Shown: positions 9,170 to 18,634, numbered from the stretch's first letter. The stretch is 64,000 bases of DNA from Alphaproteobacteria bacterium (GCA_947473325.1 CANJEJ010000004.1:4060-68059), one strand, 5' to 3'. Notes: a model not told the origin generated them from the letters alone. Made by a program: numbers and translations.

Positions 9170-9200
9170 AATACTGGTTAACATATTAATATCGTTGCGA
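9170..9200. promoter_or_regulatory. AT-rich palindromic element (GTTAAC-ATATTAATAT) in the ppa/patatin divergent promoter region
   Basis: This is the only AT-rich 30-mer in the high-GC region. The perfect 10-bp palindrome ATATTAATAT is at 9183-9192. Confidence 0.3.
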
Positions 9201-9245
9201 AATTCTGGCGTCTGTGGATAACCTCACGGCGACGGCGGGGGCCTC

Positions 9246-10328
9246 ATGGACGACGACATCAAGACACCGGCTGCCGGGGCGCAAACCTGGAACGCGAAGA
9301 GTCCGCCGCCGGAAGACTACCGCACCATCAATCTGGCGCTGCAGGGCGGCGGCAGCCATGGCGCCTTCACCTGGGGCGTGCTCGACCGCCTGCTCGCCGA
9401 CAAGCGCATCTTCATCGAGGGCATCAGCGGCACCTCGGCCGGTGCGATGAACGGGGCGCTGCTTGCCTTCGGCATGGCGCATGGCGGGCGCGACGGCGCG
9501 CGCGAGGTGCTGCGCAAGTTCTGGGAGCGCATGGGCGAGGCGAGCCGCTATTCGCCATTCCAGCCCGCGCCCTTCGCGCATCTGATGGACAATCACAGCC
9601 TCGATCATTCGCCGGCCTATCACGCCTTCGATTTCATGAGCCGGCTGTTCTCGCCCTACCAGCTCAACCCGTCGGGCTATCACCCGGTGCGCGAGCTGCT
9701 CGACGACCTCATCGATTTCGACGTGCTGCGCAGCGTGCGGCATGTGCGCCTGTTCATTTCGGCGACCAACGTGCGCACGGGCAAGATCCGCGTCTTCACG
9801 ATGAAGGAGATCACGCCCGACGTGCTGCTCGCCTCCGCCTGCCTGCCGCAGCTGTTCAAGGCGGTGGAGATCGACGGCGAGCACTACTGGGACGGCGGCT
9901 TCATGGGCAACCCGACCATGTTCCCGCTGCTCTACCAGTGCAAGGCGAACGACATCCTGCTGGTCGAGATCAACCCGATCGCCGTCGACAAGGTGCCGCA
10001 GACCGCGCGCGACATCGCCGACCGCATGAATTCGATCAGCTTCAACGCCACCATGATGCGCGAGATGCGCACCATTGCCTTCGTCACCCAGATGCTGGAC
10101 CAGCATCGCCTGACCGGCCGCTCGCACCTGCGTCGCATCTACTTCCACATGATGCATGCCGAGAAGGAAATGGCGCGCTATGGCGCGTCGAGCAAGATGA
10201 ACGTGCACCCGCGCTTCATCGAACTGCTCTACACGCTGGGCTATCGCGTCGCCGACGAGTGGCTGGCCGAGAACTACGACAAGCTCGGCCGCGAATCGTC
10301 CATCGACCTGCAGAAAATGTTCTTCTGA
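9246..10328 (+). CDS. patatin-like phospholipase
   Basis: The GGGSHGAF glycine-rich loop and the GTSAGA nucleophile elbow are present. Length is 360 aa. Confidence 0.8.
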   Translation: MDDDIKTPAAGAQTWNAKSPPPEDYRTINLALQGGGSHGAFTWGVLDRLLADKRIFIEGISGTSAGAMNGALLAFGMAHGGRDGAREVLRKFWERMGEASRYSPFQPAPFAHLMDNHSLDHSPAYHAFDFMSRLFSPYQLNPSGYHPVRELLDDLIDFDVLRSVRHVRLFISATNVRTGKIRVFTMKEITPDVLLASACLPQLFKAVEIDGEHYWDGGFMGNPTMFPLLYQCKANDILLVEINPIAVDKVPQTARDIADRMNSISFNATMMREMRTIAFVTQMLDQHRLTGRSHLRRIYFHMMHAEKEMARYGASSKMNVHPRFIELLYTLGYRVADEWLAENYDKLGRESSIDLQKMFF

Positions 10329-10774
10329 TGCTGCCCCCCGACCGCACCATCGTGCCCGACGTGCTCAAGGCGCCGCAGGACCTTGTCACCGTACGCACGC
10401 ACACCACCGTCGAGCAGGCGGCCCAGATGATGGCGGAACGCCGCATCGGCGCCGTGCTGGTGGTGGGCGAGGACGGCAAGCTTGCCGGCATTTTCACCGA
10501 ACGCGACGCGCTGGTGCGCGTGGTGGCCTGGCAGCGTTCTCCCGCCGCCACGCTGGTGGCCGAGGTGATGACGCCCGGCCCCGACACCATCCAGACCGAC
10601 AGCTCGGTGCAGATCGCACTCGACCAGATGGCCGAGCGCGGCTATCGCCACCTGCCGGTACTCGACGGCGACAGGATCTACGGCATCATCTCCATCCGCG
10701 ACCTCTATCGCAGCATGAAGTCGCAGATGGAGGAAGACATCCTGATGCTGGCGGAAATGCTGATCCAGGGGTAG
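10328..10774 (+). CDS. CBS-domain protein
   Basis: An ATGA stop/start overlap links it to the patatin gene. The product runs MLPPDRTIVPDVL...VRTHTTVEQAAQMMAERRIGAVLVV...YRHLPVLDGDRIYGIISIRDL (CBS pair). Confidence 0.7.
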   Translation: MLPPDRTIVPDVLKAPQDLVTVRTHTTVEQAAQMMAERRIGAVLVVGEDGKLAGIFTERDALVRVVAWQRSPAATLVAEVMTPGPDTIQTDSSVQIALDQMAERGYRHLPVLDGDRIYGIISIRDLYRSMKSQMEEDILMLAEMLIQG

Positions 10775-10781
10775 GCGCGGA

Positions 10782-11048
10782 ATGACCGATGCGTTCACTG
10801 CCGAAGGGGGTTGCGTCTGTCTCGCGGTCCGCTATGGCCTGACCAGCCCGCCACTTTTCACCCATGCCTGCCATTGCCGCTGGTGCCAGCGCGAGACCGG
10901 CAGCGCTTTCGTGCTCAACGCCATGATCGAGACGGCGCGAGTCGTGTTGCCACCGGGCGTACCGGCCGTGCCGGAATTCCATGACCGGGAAACGGTCTGG
11001 CCGGCGGTGAGCCGCGCGCGTCGGCGGGCCGTGCTGGCCAATGGCTAA
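10782..11048 (+). CDS. GFA-family (CENP-V-like, Cys-rich zinc-binding) protein, short
   Basis: CVC...CHCRWC cysteine cluster in an 88-aa product. Confidence 0.45.
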   Translation: MTDAFTAEGGCVCLAVRYGLTSPPLFTHACHCRWCQRETGSAFVLNAMIETARVVLPPGVPAVPEFHDRETVWPAVSRARRRAVLANG

Positions 11049-11063
11049 CGGGAATATCGGCGG

Positions 11064-11693
11064 CTACAGCGCCTCGGCACCGGAATAGGCGACCCACAGT
11101 TCCGCGCCCGTGATGGCCAGCGACAGCAGGGCGCCGGTAACCGAACCCGCGAGCATCACCCCGTCGCGCTCGAGATAGGCGATGGCCATCGCCATGATGA
11201 CGATGGCCGGCACATATTGCGTGAAGGGGATCGGGCTCATCAGCGAGATGCCGAGCAGCAGCAGCAGGATGCCGAGCCCGCGCTGCGTTGCCGCGAAGGG
11301 CGTCGGCCACCGCGGGTGAATGAAACGCTCGACGAAGCGCATGGCGGGAATCAGCCGGCGCAGCAACCCGGCGAAGCGCCGGGTCGGCACCGCGCGGCGG
11401 CGCAGGACGCGCGGCATGGTGGGGGCGGGCCGCGCGAGGATCATCTGGCTCGCCATCCAGACGAGCAGGAGGCCGGCAACAAGGCTGAGCCCCGGCATCA
11501 GGGCCAGAAGCCCGAGCAGCAGCATGACGAGGCCATAGGAGCGCTGGCCAAGGCCGTCGATGATCCAGTCCGGCGTAACCGTTGCCGGCAGGTCGGCCGC
11601 CAGCAGGTTGGCCAGCACGGCCGATGTCGGCCGCGCGGGGGCAACGGTCTCGTCCGGCAGATCCGGGTAGCGCGCGTGTTCCATCGACGGCAT
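11064..11693 (-). CDS. exopolysaccharide synthesis ExoD-family membrane protein
   Basis: 209 aa with 4-5 TM helices. The proline-rich N-terminus is followed by hydrophobic segments typical of ExoD. Confidence 0.65.
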   Translation of the reverse strand: MPSMEHARYPDLPDETVAPARPTSAVLANLLAADLPATVTPDWIIDGLGQRSYGLVMLLLGLLALMPGLSLVAGLLLVWMASQMILARPAPTMPRVLRRRAVPTRRFAGLLRRLIPAMRFVERFIHPRWPTPFAATQRGLGILLLLLGISLMSPIPFTQYVPAIVIMAMAIAYLERDGVMLAGSVTGALLSLAITGAELWVAYSGAEAL

Positions 11694-11848
11694 GAACGGC
11701 CCGGCAATCGCTGGCGTGCTCCGATTGTATCAGGGCAAGCGAACGGAACGGCGACGCAGTTTTGAAGAGGGGCTATCCGCCGGCGCGATCAACGCGCCGG
11801 GCATTCCGGGGGACAAGCCAGCCCGGTGGCGGCCTGGAAAGGCGGTAA

Positions 11849-11877
11849 GCGGATGGCGGCACAAGGCCGCCATCCGC
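11849..11877 (-). terminator. rho-independent terminator for the cold-shock gene
   Basis: A perfect 12-bp stem (gcggatggcggc / gccgccatccgc) with a 5-nt loop lies 18 nt downstream of the csp stop on the minus strand. Confidence 0.5.
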
Positions 11878-11894
11878 CCGTTCGCAACGGCCTG

Positions 11895-12098
11895 TTAGGC
11901 GTTGCGGAGGTCAGACGCAGCGGGCTTGCCACGGTCCTGCGTGATGGAGAAGTGAACCTTCTGCCCTTCGCTCAGCGTGCCCATGCCGGCCTGGTTGACG
12001 GCCGAAACGTGGACGAACACGTCCTTGGAGCCATCATCCGGCTGGATAAAGCCAAAGCCGCGCTGCGCGTCGAAGAATTTCACGGTGCCTGTAGCCAT
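11895..12098 (-). CDS. cspA: cold-shock protein, CspA family
   Basis: MATGTVKFFDAQRGFGFIQPDDGSKDVFVHVSAV..GQKVHF, 67 aa, with RNP1/RNP2 motifs. A long 5' leader (about 380 nt to the next gene) follows on its strand. Confidence 0.85.
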   Translation of the reverse strand: MATGTVKFFDAQRGFGFIQPDDGSKDVFVHVSAVNQAGMGTLSEGQKVHFSITQDRGKPAASDLRNA

Positions 12099-12480
12099 TG
12101 TAGATCTCGATATGACAAGAGTTTTCGACCCCGGCGCACGTGCGCCGAGGCAGCAGTAGATTTCGGATGTTTGAAGAAGATGCCCTGTGGGCAAAGTCGG
12201 CAAGCGGCCGCCAAAAACTGTAAACCCACTCTACGCGCATAATTCCGCAATAGCCAGCCCCATCGGGCAGAATCATTTGCGCTCTATTTGGCCGTCAAAA
12301 CAACGCCAGTGATTCTGCCCTGAAAAGGGGCGACGCGCCAGCGTGCGAGACGCGTGGAATCGGCATTTCCTGCGGATAATGCCTGCGCCGCCGGGACCGC
12401 GGAAAATAAACGAATGGTAATTTCCAGCCCGAAACCCCATATCCACAAGACACCAATAAATAAAATCGGGGAGAGCAACT

Positions 12481-12831
12481 ATGGCTGAAGAAAAATCAAG
12501 CCGCGTGATGCCATTTCTACTTGGCGCCGGCAGCGGCATCGTCGGCGCCGTTGTCGTCGGGCTGATGAGCGGCTACCTGACCACAGGATCGGTGCGCGAC
12601 GTGCAGGTGAGCACCGCCCGCCTGGATGGCGAGGCGCGCGTCTGCGAAGCGCGCGTGACGGCCGACCGGCTGGCGCGCGGCGACAGCAGCGAGCTCCGCG
12701 GCTTCGGCGCCTCGGCCAACGATGCGCGCACGGCGCTGGCCCAGAACTTCTCGCAGCCCCTGAACGGTTCGAAGACCGCCGATCCGCAGAGCGTGCGCGC
12801 CTGCGCCGACCGCCTGAACACCACCGGCTGA
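12481..12831 (+). CDS. hypothetical membrane-anchored protein
   Basis: A GGGGAGAG SD precedes it. One N-terminal TM helix (LLGAGSGIVGAVVVGLMSGYL) is predicted. Confidence 0.45.
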   Translation: MAEEKSSRVMPFLLGAGSGIVGAVVVGLMSGYLTTGSVRDVQVSTARLDGEARVCEARVTADRLARGDSSELRGFGASANDARTALAQNFSQPLNGSKTADPQSVRACADRLNTTG

Positions 12832-12834
12832 ACC

Positions 12835-13050
12835 ATGGGAGACGGGGCGATGAAGAACGGCGACAACGTCATTTCCCCGGATCACGACCGCGGCCAGGTG
12901 GTCGCGGTCGAGCACAGCGGCCGTGGCTGGCGGCGCTCGACGCGCGTCACCGTGCGTTTCGCCGACGGCTCGATCGGCCACTACCCGCCGGAGAACCTGA
13001 TCCCGGTGGTGCCGCCGCAGCTGCGCCCGCGCATCGTCGTGTCGAACTGA
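12835..13050 (+). CDS. hypothetical small protein
   Basis: Codon usage is consistent with coding. The ORF is tightly spaced with its neighbours. Confidence 0.35.
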   Translation: MGDGAMKNGDNVISPDHDRGQVVAVEHSGRGWRRSTRVTVRFADGSIGHYPPENLIPVVPPQLRPRIVVSN

Positions 13051-13054
13051 CCGC

Positions 13055-13336
13055 ATGGCCGACACGCGCCTACAGACCCGCATCGTCCACTTCCGCCGCC
13101 CCTTCACGCTGCCCCAGGTCGATGGCGTGCTGCCGCCCGGCAGCTATTCGGTGGATGAAGAACACGAGCGGATCGACAGCGTTTCGATCACCGCCTTCCG
13201 CCGCGTGGCCACGGTGCTGCACCTGCGCACCACGCCCGGCCTGCGCGAAAGCATCGAGGTGGACGGGGCAGCCCTCGACGCCGCGCTGCTGCGCGACGCC
13301 ACGTCCGACACCGCGCCCGTCCCGCCTTCCGGATGA
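13055..13336 (+). CDS. hypothetical protein
   Basis: Sits 4 nt after the previous ORF. An ATGA overlap links it to the next ORF. Confidence 0.4.
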   Translation: MADTRLQTRIVHFRRPFTLPQVDGVLPPGSYSVDEEHERIDSVSITAFRRVATVLHLRTTPGLRESIEVDGAALDAALLRDATSDTAPVPPSG

Positions 13337-13656
13337 CAGCCAGCCCACTGCCGATCCCGTTCAACTACGCCGCGCCGGCGCAGCTGCTGTCACGCGACGC
13401 CGATCCTGAGCAGTTCATGCGCAAAGGCTGGAAGACGATCCAGCCGCTTGGCTTTGGCCAGTTCGCCCGCGCCGCCGATGCGCTGCGCTATGCCGTCGAG
13501 GAGCTGGCGCCCGAGCTGCGCGAGGCTGCCTACATGGAGGTCGGCGGCGCCGTCTTCGATTCGGCGGCGATGATCGCGCTCTATGACGACAGCCGCTATC
13601 CGTGGCCGCGCATGGGCCGCCTGCGCCAGCCGGCACCGCCGCCGCGCCGTCCCTGA
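13333..13656 (+). CDS. hypothetical protein
   Basis: Translationally coupled to the previous ORF (ATGA overlap). Confidence 0.4.
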   Translation: MTASPLPIPFNYAAPAQLLSRDADPEQFMRKGWKTIQPLGFGQFARAADALRYAVEELAPELREAAYMEVGGAVFDSAAMIALYDDSRYPWPRMGRLRQPAPPPRRP

Positions 13657-13709
13657 CATCTTCTGCCCGCGGCGCGATCCCGCGCCCGCATCCTGCCTGG
13701 AGAGTCGCC

Positions 13710-13892
13710 ATGACCCATCCCGCTTCGCTGACCACCGTGCCGACCCAGTCCGACATGATGACACGTCATGGCATCACCGAAGTGCCGGTGGCCTATTTCC
13801 ACTATGGTGACTTTCGCTACACCAACCTGAGGGACGCGCTGGCCCAGGCCGAGCGCGACACCAACCGGGGCGTCACCCGCGCACCGCGCTAG
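13710..13892 (+). CDS. hypothetical small protein (60 aa)
   Basis: A GGAGAG SD lies 5 nt before the ATG. The stop lies inside the palindrome at 13889. Confidence 0.3.
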   Translation: MTHPASLTTVPTQSDMMTRHGITEVPVAYFHYGDFRYTNLRDALAQAERDTNRGVTRAPR

Positions 13893-13912
13893 AGCACGGG
13901 GCCGTGCTCTAG
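13889..13912. terminator. perfect 11-bp-arm palindrome (CTAGAGCACGG-GG-CCGTGCTCTAG), putative bidirectional terminator
   Basis: Sits exactly between convergent genes (stops at 13892 and 13924). There is no U-tract. Confidence 0.4.
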
Positions 13913-13923
13913 GGCACGGCCCA

Positions 13924-14781
13924 TCACGCATCGAGGAACGCGTTGATCTCCGCGACATTGTTGCGGATGTCGTCGGCGGTCACCATGCCGCAGTCGATCA
14001 CCGGCGGATGCTTCTTCGCCACGGCGCCGGTGATCCGCTTCGCCACGTCTTCCGTCGCCAGTGTCGGCACCGCGATCATCGGCACGCGCTCGGCCGAGGG
14101 ATAGTTCAACCCCTGGCGGACGAAGAGGTGGTAGGTGGTGATGCCCTTCAGCATCTCCATCACCTTGTAGTGCAGGTGGCTGGCGTCGAGCAGCGTGCGG
14201 TTGAGGCTGCTCTGCGCCGTGCGCTTGTACCAGGGGAACCAGCTGAACTCGTCGCGCACGAACTGCCAGGCGAAGTTGAACTGCGTGCCAAGGTCGTCGA
14301 GCTCGACCTTGGGCGCGAAATTCTTCAGCCATTCGTCGCGTTCTTCCGCCGTCTGGAACGACACACGCTCCAGCACCAGCTTGCGCACGCGCTCCGGCTG
14401 CGACACGGCGAGCTCGATGGCGACGCGCGCGCCGGTCAGCATGCCGTGCAGATCGAACTGTTTGATGCCGAGACCATCGAGCGCCGCCAGCATTGCGCGG
14501 GCATAGACGGCGGTGTCGGGATTGTCGACCGCGGGCGGCGAGGAATCGCCCATGCCGAGCGCATCCAGCGCATAGGTCGGCCGCGACTTGCCGAACTCGG
14601 CCACCATCGGCGCCAGCACATAGGACGAGGCCGGCGCGCCATGCAACAGGACGAGCGGCACGCCCGATCCCGACCCCGCCGTGCGGTAGTGGATCTGGCC
14701 CTCGGGAACATCGATAAAACCGCGGCGCACCTTGCTCACTGGGACTCTCTCTTCATGGGGGTGGGGTGGCGCGATTCGCAC
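13924..14781 (-). CDS. alpha/beta hydrolase
   Basis: PLVLLHGAPASSY, LDALGMGDS and HGMLTGARVAIEL (Gly-x-nucleophile-x-Gly region) are present. The start is uncertain; an internal GTG at MSKVRRGF is an alternative. Confidence 0.75.
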   Translation of the reverse strand: MRIAPPHPHEERVPVSKVRRGFIDVPEGQIHYRTAGSGSGVPLVLLHGAPASSYVLAPMVAEFGKSRPTYALDALGMGDSSPPAVDNPDTAVYARAMLAALDGLGIKQFDLHGMLTGARVAIELAVSQPERVRKLVLERVSFQTAEERDEWLKNFAPKVELDDLGTQFNFAWQFVRDEFSWFPWYKRTAQSSLNRTLLDASHLHYKVMEMLKGITTYHLFVRQGLNYPSAERVPMIAVPTLATEDVAKRITGAVAKKHPPVIDCGMVTADDIRNNVAEINAFLDA

Positions 14782-14836
14782 GCCGATCCGGAAGGCCCGA
14801 GACTACAGAGCGCGCCGGAAAGTTGCGCGCCCGAAG

Positions 14837-16278
14837 TCAGGTGCCGCAGAAGGTCTGGTACGCGCCGGGTTCCGCGGGGTTGGGTTCGGTGTAGGCCGCA
14901 AGCCCCGCCCGCTCGACATAGGGCAGCGCCAGCACGTCGAGCAGCCGGTGCAGGGGCTGCAGGTCACCGCCCGCCACCGCCGCGTCCAGCGCCGCCTCGA
15001 CCTGATGATTGCGCGGAATGTAGACCGGATTGGCCTGCCGCATCAGGTCGCGCGACGCTTCGATCGCCCCGGCACCCTGGGCCCGCCGCGCCTGCCAGCG
15101 GTCGTGCCAGGGGCGAAGGCCCTCGACCGGCAGGTCTCCCCGCGAGAGTGCGCGGAACGTGTTGGTGTAATCGGCGCCCTGCGCCTGCATACCGGCGAGC
15201 AGGTCCGCGGCCAGCGCCGCATCGCCGGCATCCTCGCCCAGGAGGCCGAGCTTGCGCCGCATCATGGCGAGCCAGCGCGCCTCATAGAGATCCTGGAACG
15301 CACGCAGCGCCGGCTCGGCCCGTTCGACCGCCTTGTCCGGATCCTCATGGATGAGCGGCAGCAGGGTTTCGGCAAAACGGGCCAGATTCCACTGGGCGAT
15401 GCGGGGCTGGCGGCCAAAGGCATAGCGACCGCCCTGGTCGATGGAGCTGAAGACAGTGGTCGGATCATAGGCGTCGATGAAGGCGCAGGGGCCATAGTCG
15501 ATGGTCTCGCCCGAGATCGTCATGTTGTCGGTGTTCATCACGCCATGGACGAAGCCGACGCGCATCCAGTCGACGACCAGGCTGGCCTGGCGGTCGACCA
15601 CGGCGCGCAGCAGCGCCAGCGCCGGCGCGTCGGTGTCGCGGCACGCCGGGTAGTGACGGTCGATGGCGTGGGTGACGAGTGCACGCAGCGATTCGATGTC
15701 GCGATGGGCGGCGGCAAATTGGAAGGTGCCGACGCGCAGGTGGCTTGCCGCCACACGCGTGAGCACGGCACCCGGCTGCGTTTCTTCGCGATACACCGGC
15801 TCGCCGGTCGCGACCACGGCCAGGCTGCGGGTGGTGGCAATTCCCAGCGCATGCATCGCCTCGCTGATGACATATTCGCGCAGCATCGGCCCGAGCGCCG
15901 CACGCCCGTCGCCGCGGCGCGAATAGGGCGTCGGGCCCGATCCCTTGAGCTGGATGTCGAAGCGCCGGCCGTCCGGTGCGATGTGCTCGCCAAGCGCAAT
16001 GGCGCGGCCATCGCCCAGCACGGTGAAATGCCCGAACTGGTGCCCGGCATAGGCCTGCGCGATCGGCATGGCACCGTCGGGCACCATGTTGCCGGCGAAG
16101 AGCGGCGCCAGGCCGTCGGCCGCCGTGCCCGCCTCGAGCCCCAGCGTGTCGGCCAGCGCATGGTTGAAGATCACCAGGCGCGGCGCGCGCACCGGCGTCG
16201 GCCGCTGGCGCGAGAACAACGCCTCGGGCAGGCGGGCATAGCTGTTGTCGAAGTGCCACCGCAGAGCCGACATCGGCA
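14837..16278 (-). CDS. selO: protein adenylyltransferase SelO (YdiU/UPF0061)
   Basis: About 480 aa. The product begins MSALRWHFDNSYARLPEALF and contains AQAYAGHQFGHF, HGVMNTDNMTISGETIDYGPCAF and PVYIPRNH, diagnostic SelO motifs. Confidence 0.9.
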
Positions 16279-16314
16279 TGTCATCCTTCCCGCCAGTATT
16301 CCGCCACGGGGACG

Positions 16315-16570
16315 GTCCGTAGGAACATACTTGGTCCGCCTCGCCAGCCCTCCCCATACTCGCGTCTTTTCTAACAAATCTTCGCTGCCAATCTACATTC
16401 CGGGCATTCCCCGCGCTGTTTGCCTGTTTCGGACTGGCGAACGGAGCGCGGACATGACGGTGCTCGCAGCACAGCGTCACAAGATGACAACACTGGTCAG
16501 CACGGCAGTTGGCCTCGCAATCCTCGTCATCAACACAGCCAGCACGGCGGCGCCAGCGCAAGGGAAGGTG
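16315..16570 (+). repeat. copy A of a ~256-bp duplicated block (promoter/5'UTR plus signal peptide of a family-5 substrate-binding protein); copy B is at 27328-27583
   Basis: Direct alignment by eye gives about 80% identity over 256 bp. This includes a 19/19 match over TTTTCTAACAAATCTTCGC and GGACATGACGGTGCT...AGCGTCACAAGA. The copies diverge right after AAGGGAAGGTGC. Confidence 0.7.
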
Positions 16571-16729
16571 CCGGCATGGTCGAGCGAGGGCGACAGCGGG
16601 GGCGACTCAACCGGCCGCTGGTGTCCCAATACGCAAAAAAGCCCCGCCAAATCGGCGGGGCGAGGAAGGTGCCGATTCGTATGGGGTATGAAGCGGCAGC
16701 AACATTCTGCTTCTGCCTCTTGCTTGTGA
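16454..16729 (+). pseudogene. truncated N-terminal fragment of a family-5 substrate-binding gene (signal peptide only, then unrelated frame)
   Basis: MTVLAAQRHKMTTLVSTAVGLAILVINTASTAAPAQGKV matches the N-terminus of the 27475 gene. The downstream 50 aa is low-complexity and has no binding-protein body. Confidence 0.5.
16633..16661 (-). terminator. rho-independent terminator with no obvious upstream gene on its strand
   Basis: On the minus strand it reads GCCCCGCC-GATTT-GGCGGGGC followed by TTTTTTGCG. Confidence 0.4.
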
Positions 16730-16925
16730 GTACGAACAATAGTGCCGCACCCAGAAGGGAAGCATGGTGTTGGATGCATAGCTGCCCAACACTGTCTGCC
16801 CCATGCGCGGAGGATTGCCTTGGCCCGGGCCACTGCGCCCGGCAGTTGGCAATAACCAAGCCCCCCTATCGTTTGTTACATTGCCCGGACGTCAATGCAT
16901 CAAGGTTCCCAAGGCTCACTCATCC

Positions 16926-17801
16926 ATGCCGAAGCCAATTCCCCATATCGCCGTCATCGACACCATGGTCAACATGATGACCCCGGAGGCGCTCAAGACG
17001 CAGCCTGACGACCGTCAGGAGTTCTTCGTGGACAAGATCGGTGTCGATACAGAAACCTATCGCGGCATCACGATTGGCGACCTGCTGCAACGCATGGACT
17101 CTGCCGGGGTGGAACGCAGCTTTCTGATCGCGTCCCGTGCCGGAGCAGCCCACGTTTCCCATTCACATCACGTCCCCTATGAACTTGTGGTGGAGGCAGT
17201 GAAGCAGCATCCGGATCGCTTCTCCGGCATTGCCGGGATCGATCCGACCATGGGCCGGAAGGGTGTCGTCGAGTTGCAGCGCGCGATTGAAGACCAGGGT
17301 TTTGTCGGCGCTCACTTCTACCCACACTGGTTCGAACTGCCACCCGACCATGCGCGGTGGTACCCGTTCTATGCCAAATGTGTCGAGCTCGACGTGCCAG
17401 TCCAGCTGCAGGTGGGCCAGTCGATGATCTATTCACCGAATTATCGCCTGCGTACCGTCGGTCAGCCGATCACGCTCGACGCCGTGGCCTGCGACTTCCC
17501 CGAACTGAAGCTGATCGGCAGCCATGTCGGCATCCCATGGACTGGCGAGATGATCGCCATGGCCTGGAAGCACGCCAACGTCTTCATCATGTCGGACGCA
17601 CATGGCCCGAAGTACTGGCCGAAGGAATTCGTCCACTACATCAACACCTATGGCCAGGACAAAGTCATGTTCGCGAGCGGCTTCCCCGTGCTCGGATTCG
17701 AACGGACGCTGCAGGACATTGCCGATCTGAACCTCCGCCCAGAGCCTTTGTACAAGTTTCTGCGCGGGAACACCGAACGGCTCTACCGGATCAGGCACTA
17801 G
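16926..17801 (+). CDS. amidohydrolase-2 family metal-dependent hydrolase
   Basis: 291 aa from the ATG at 16926 (MPKPIPHIAVIDTMVNMM). The HxH-like start and GAHFYPHWFE / FASGFPV motifs are typical of the ACMSD-like family. Confidence 0.7.
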   Translation: MPKPIPHIAVIDTMVNMMTPEALKTQPDDRQEFFVDKIGVDTETYRGITIGDLLQRMDSAGVERSFLIASRAGAAHVSHSHHVPYELVVEAVKQHPDRFSGIAGIDPTMGRKGVVELQRAIEDQGFVGAHFYPHWFELPPDHARWYPFYAKCVELDVPVQLQVGQSMIYSPNYRLRTVGQPITLDAVACDFPELKLIGSHVGIPWTGEMIAMAWKHANVFIMSDAHGPKYWPKEFVHYINTYGQDKVMFASGFPVLGFERTLQDIADLNLRPEPLYKFLRGNTERLYRIRH

Positions 17802-17948
17802 GTGATAGCCGGCCCCTTCGCCGATGTATTGCGACGGGACGCCGCCATGAAATTGATGTGAGGTTCTTGCAAGGAACCCGACAATCCTGGCTCCGGTTTT
17901 CACACGTCGCGAGGCGGGTCGTTTGCGGTGATCGAAGGGGGCGGCGAC

Positions 17949-18608
17949 ATGAAGTTTGGCGTGCTAGGGACGGGAATGGTCGGCCGGGCTATCGCCAGCA
18001 AGCTGGTATCGCGCGGCCATCATGTGATGATGGGCGCGCGTGCGCGCGGCAACATACCGGCAACGGAATGGGCGGCGGCCGCGGGCAACAATGCACGAGC
18101 CGGAAGCTTTTCCGAGGCAGCGTCCTTTGGCGATATTCTCTTCAACTGCGTGCATGGCGCCCACACGCTGGAAGCGCTGGAGGCGGCCGGCCACGACGCG
18201 TTGCGCGGGAAAATTCTGATCGACATTGCCAATCCCATGGACTACAGCCAGGGTGATCCGCCGTTGCTCCTGTACTGCAACGACGACTCGCTGGGCGAGC
18301 GCATCCAGCGCGCCTTTCCGGAAGTTCGCGTGGTCAAGACGCTGAACACCGTGGGCTTTCCCTCGATGGTCGATGGCACGCGCATTCCCGGCGAACACGA
18401 CATGTTCGTCTGCGGCAACGATGTGGCGGCGAAAGCCGAGGTCAGCCTGCTTCTGCGCGAGGAGTTCCGCTGGTCAAACGTAATCGATCTTGGCAACATT
18501 TCCTCGGCGCGGGCGACGGAAATGCTGATGCCATTGTTCCTTCGTCTCTGGAAGACGCTTGGCACATTCGACTTCAACATACAGGTGGTGGTGAAGCCGA
18601 AGGCTTAG
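17949..18608 (+). CDS. NAD(P)-binding oxidoreductase (F420-dependent NADP reductase / ProC-like Rossmann domain)
   Basis: The product begins MKFGVLGTGMVGRAIASKLVSRGHHV, a GxGxxG Rossmann motif at the N-terminus. Confidence 0.6.
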   Translation: MKFGVLGTGMVGRAIASKLVSRGHHVMMGARARGNIPATEWAAAAGNNARAGSFSEAASFGDILFNCVHGAHTLEALEAAGHDALRGKILIDIANPMDYSQGDPPLLLYCNDDSLGERIQRAFPEVRVVKTLNTVGFPSMVDGTRIPGEHDMFVCGNDVAAKAEVSLLLREEFRWSNVIDLGNISSARATEMLMPLFLRLWKTLGTFDFNIQVVVKPKA

Positions 18609-18634
18609 CCACCCAGGGTGGACCCCGTGGGGCG

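Noticed and set aside
14732-16729. 665-aa plus-strand ORF spanning the selO locus
   Set aside because: It is the antisense of selO, whose minus-strand product has diagnostic SelO motifs. Only its last 92 codons (from 16454) correspond to something real, the truncated binding-protein fragment.
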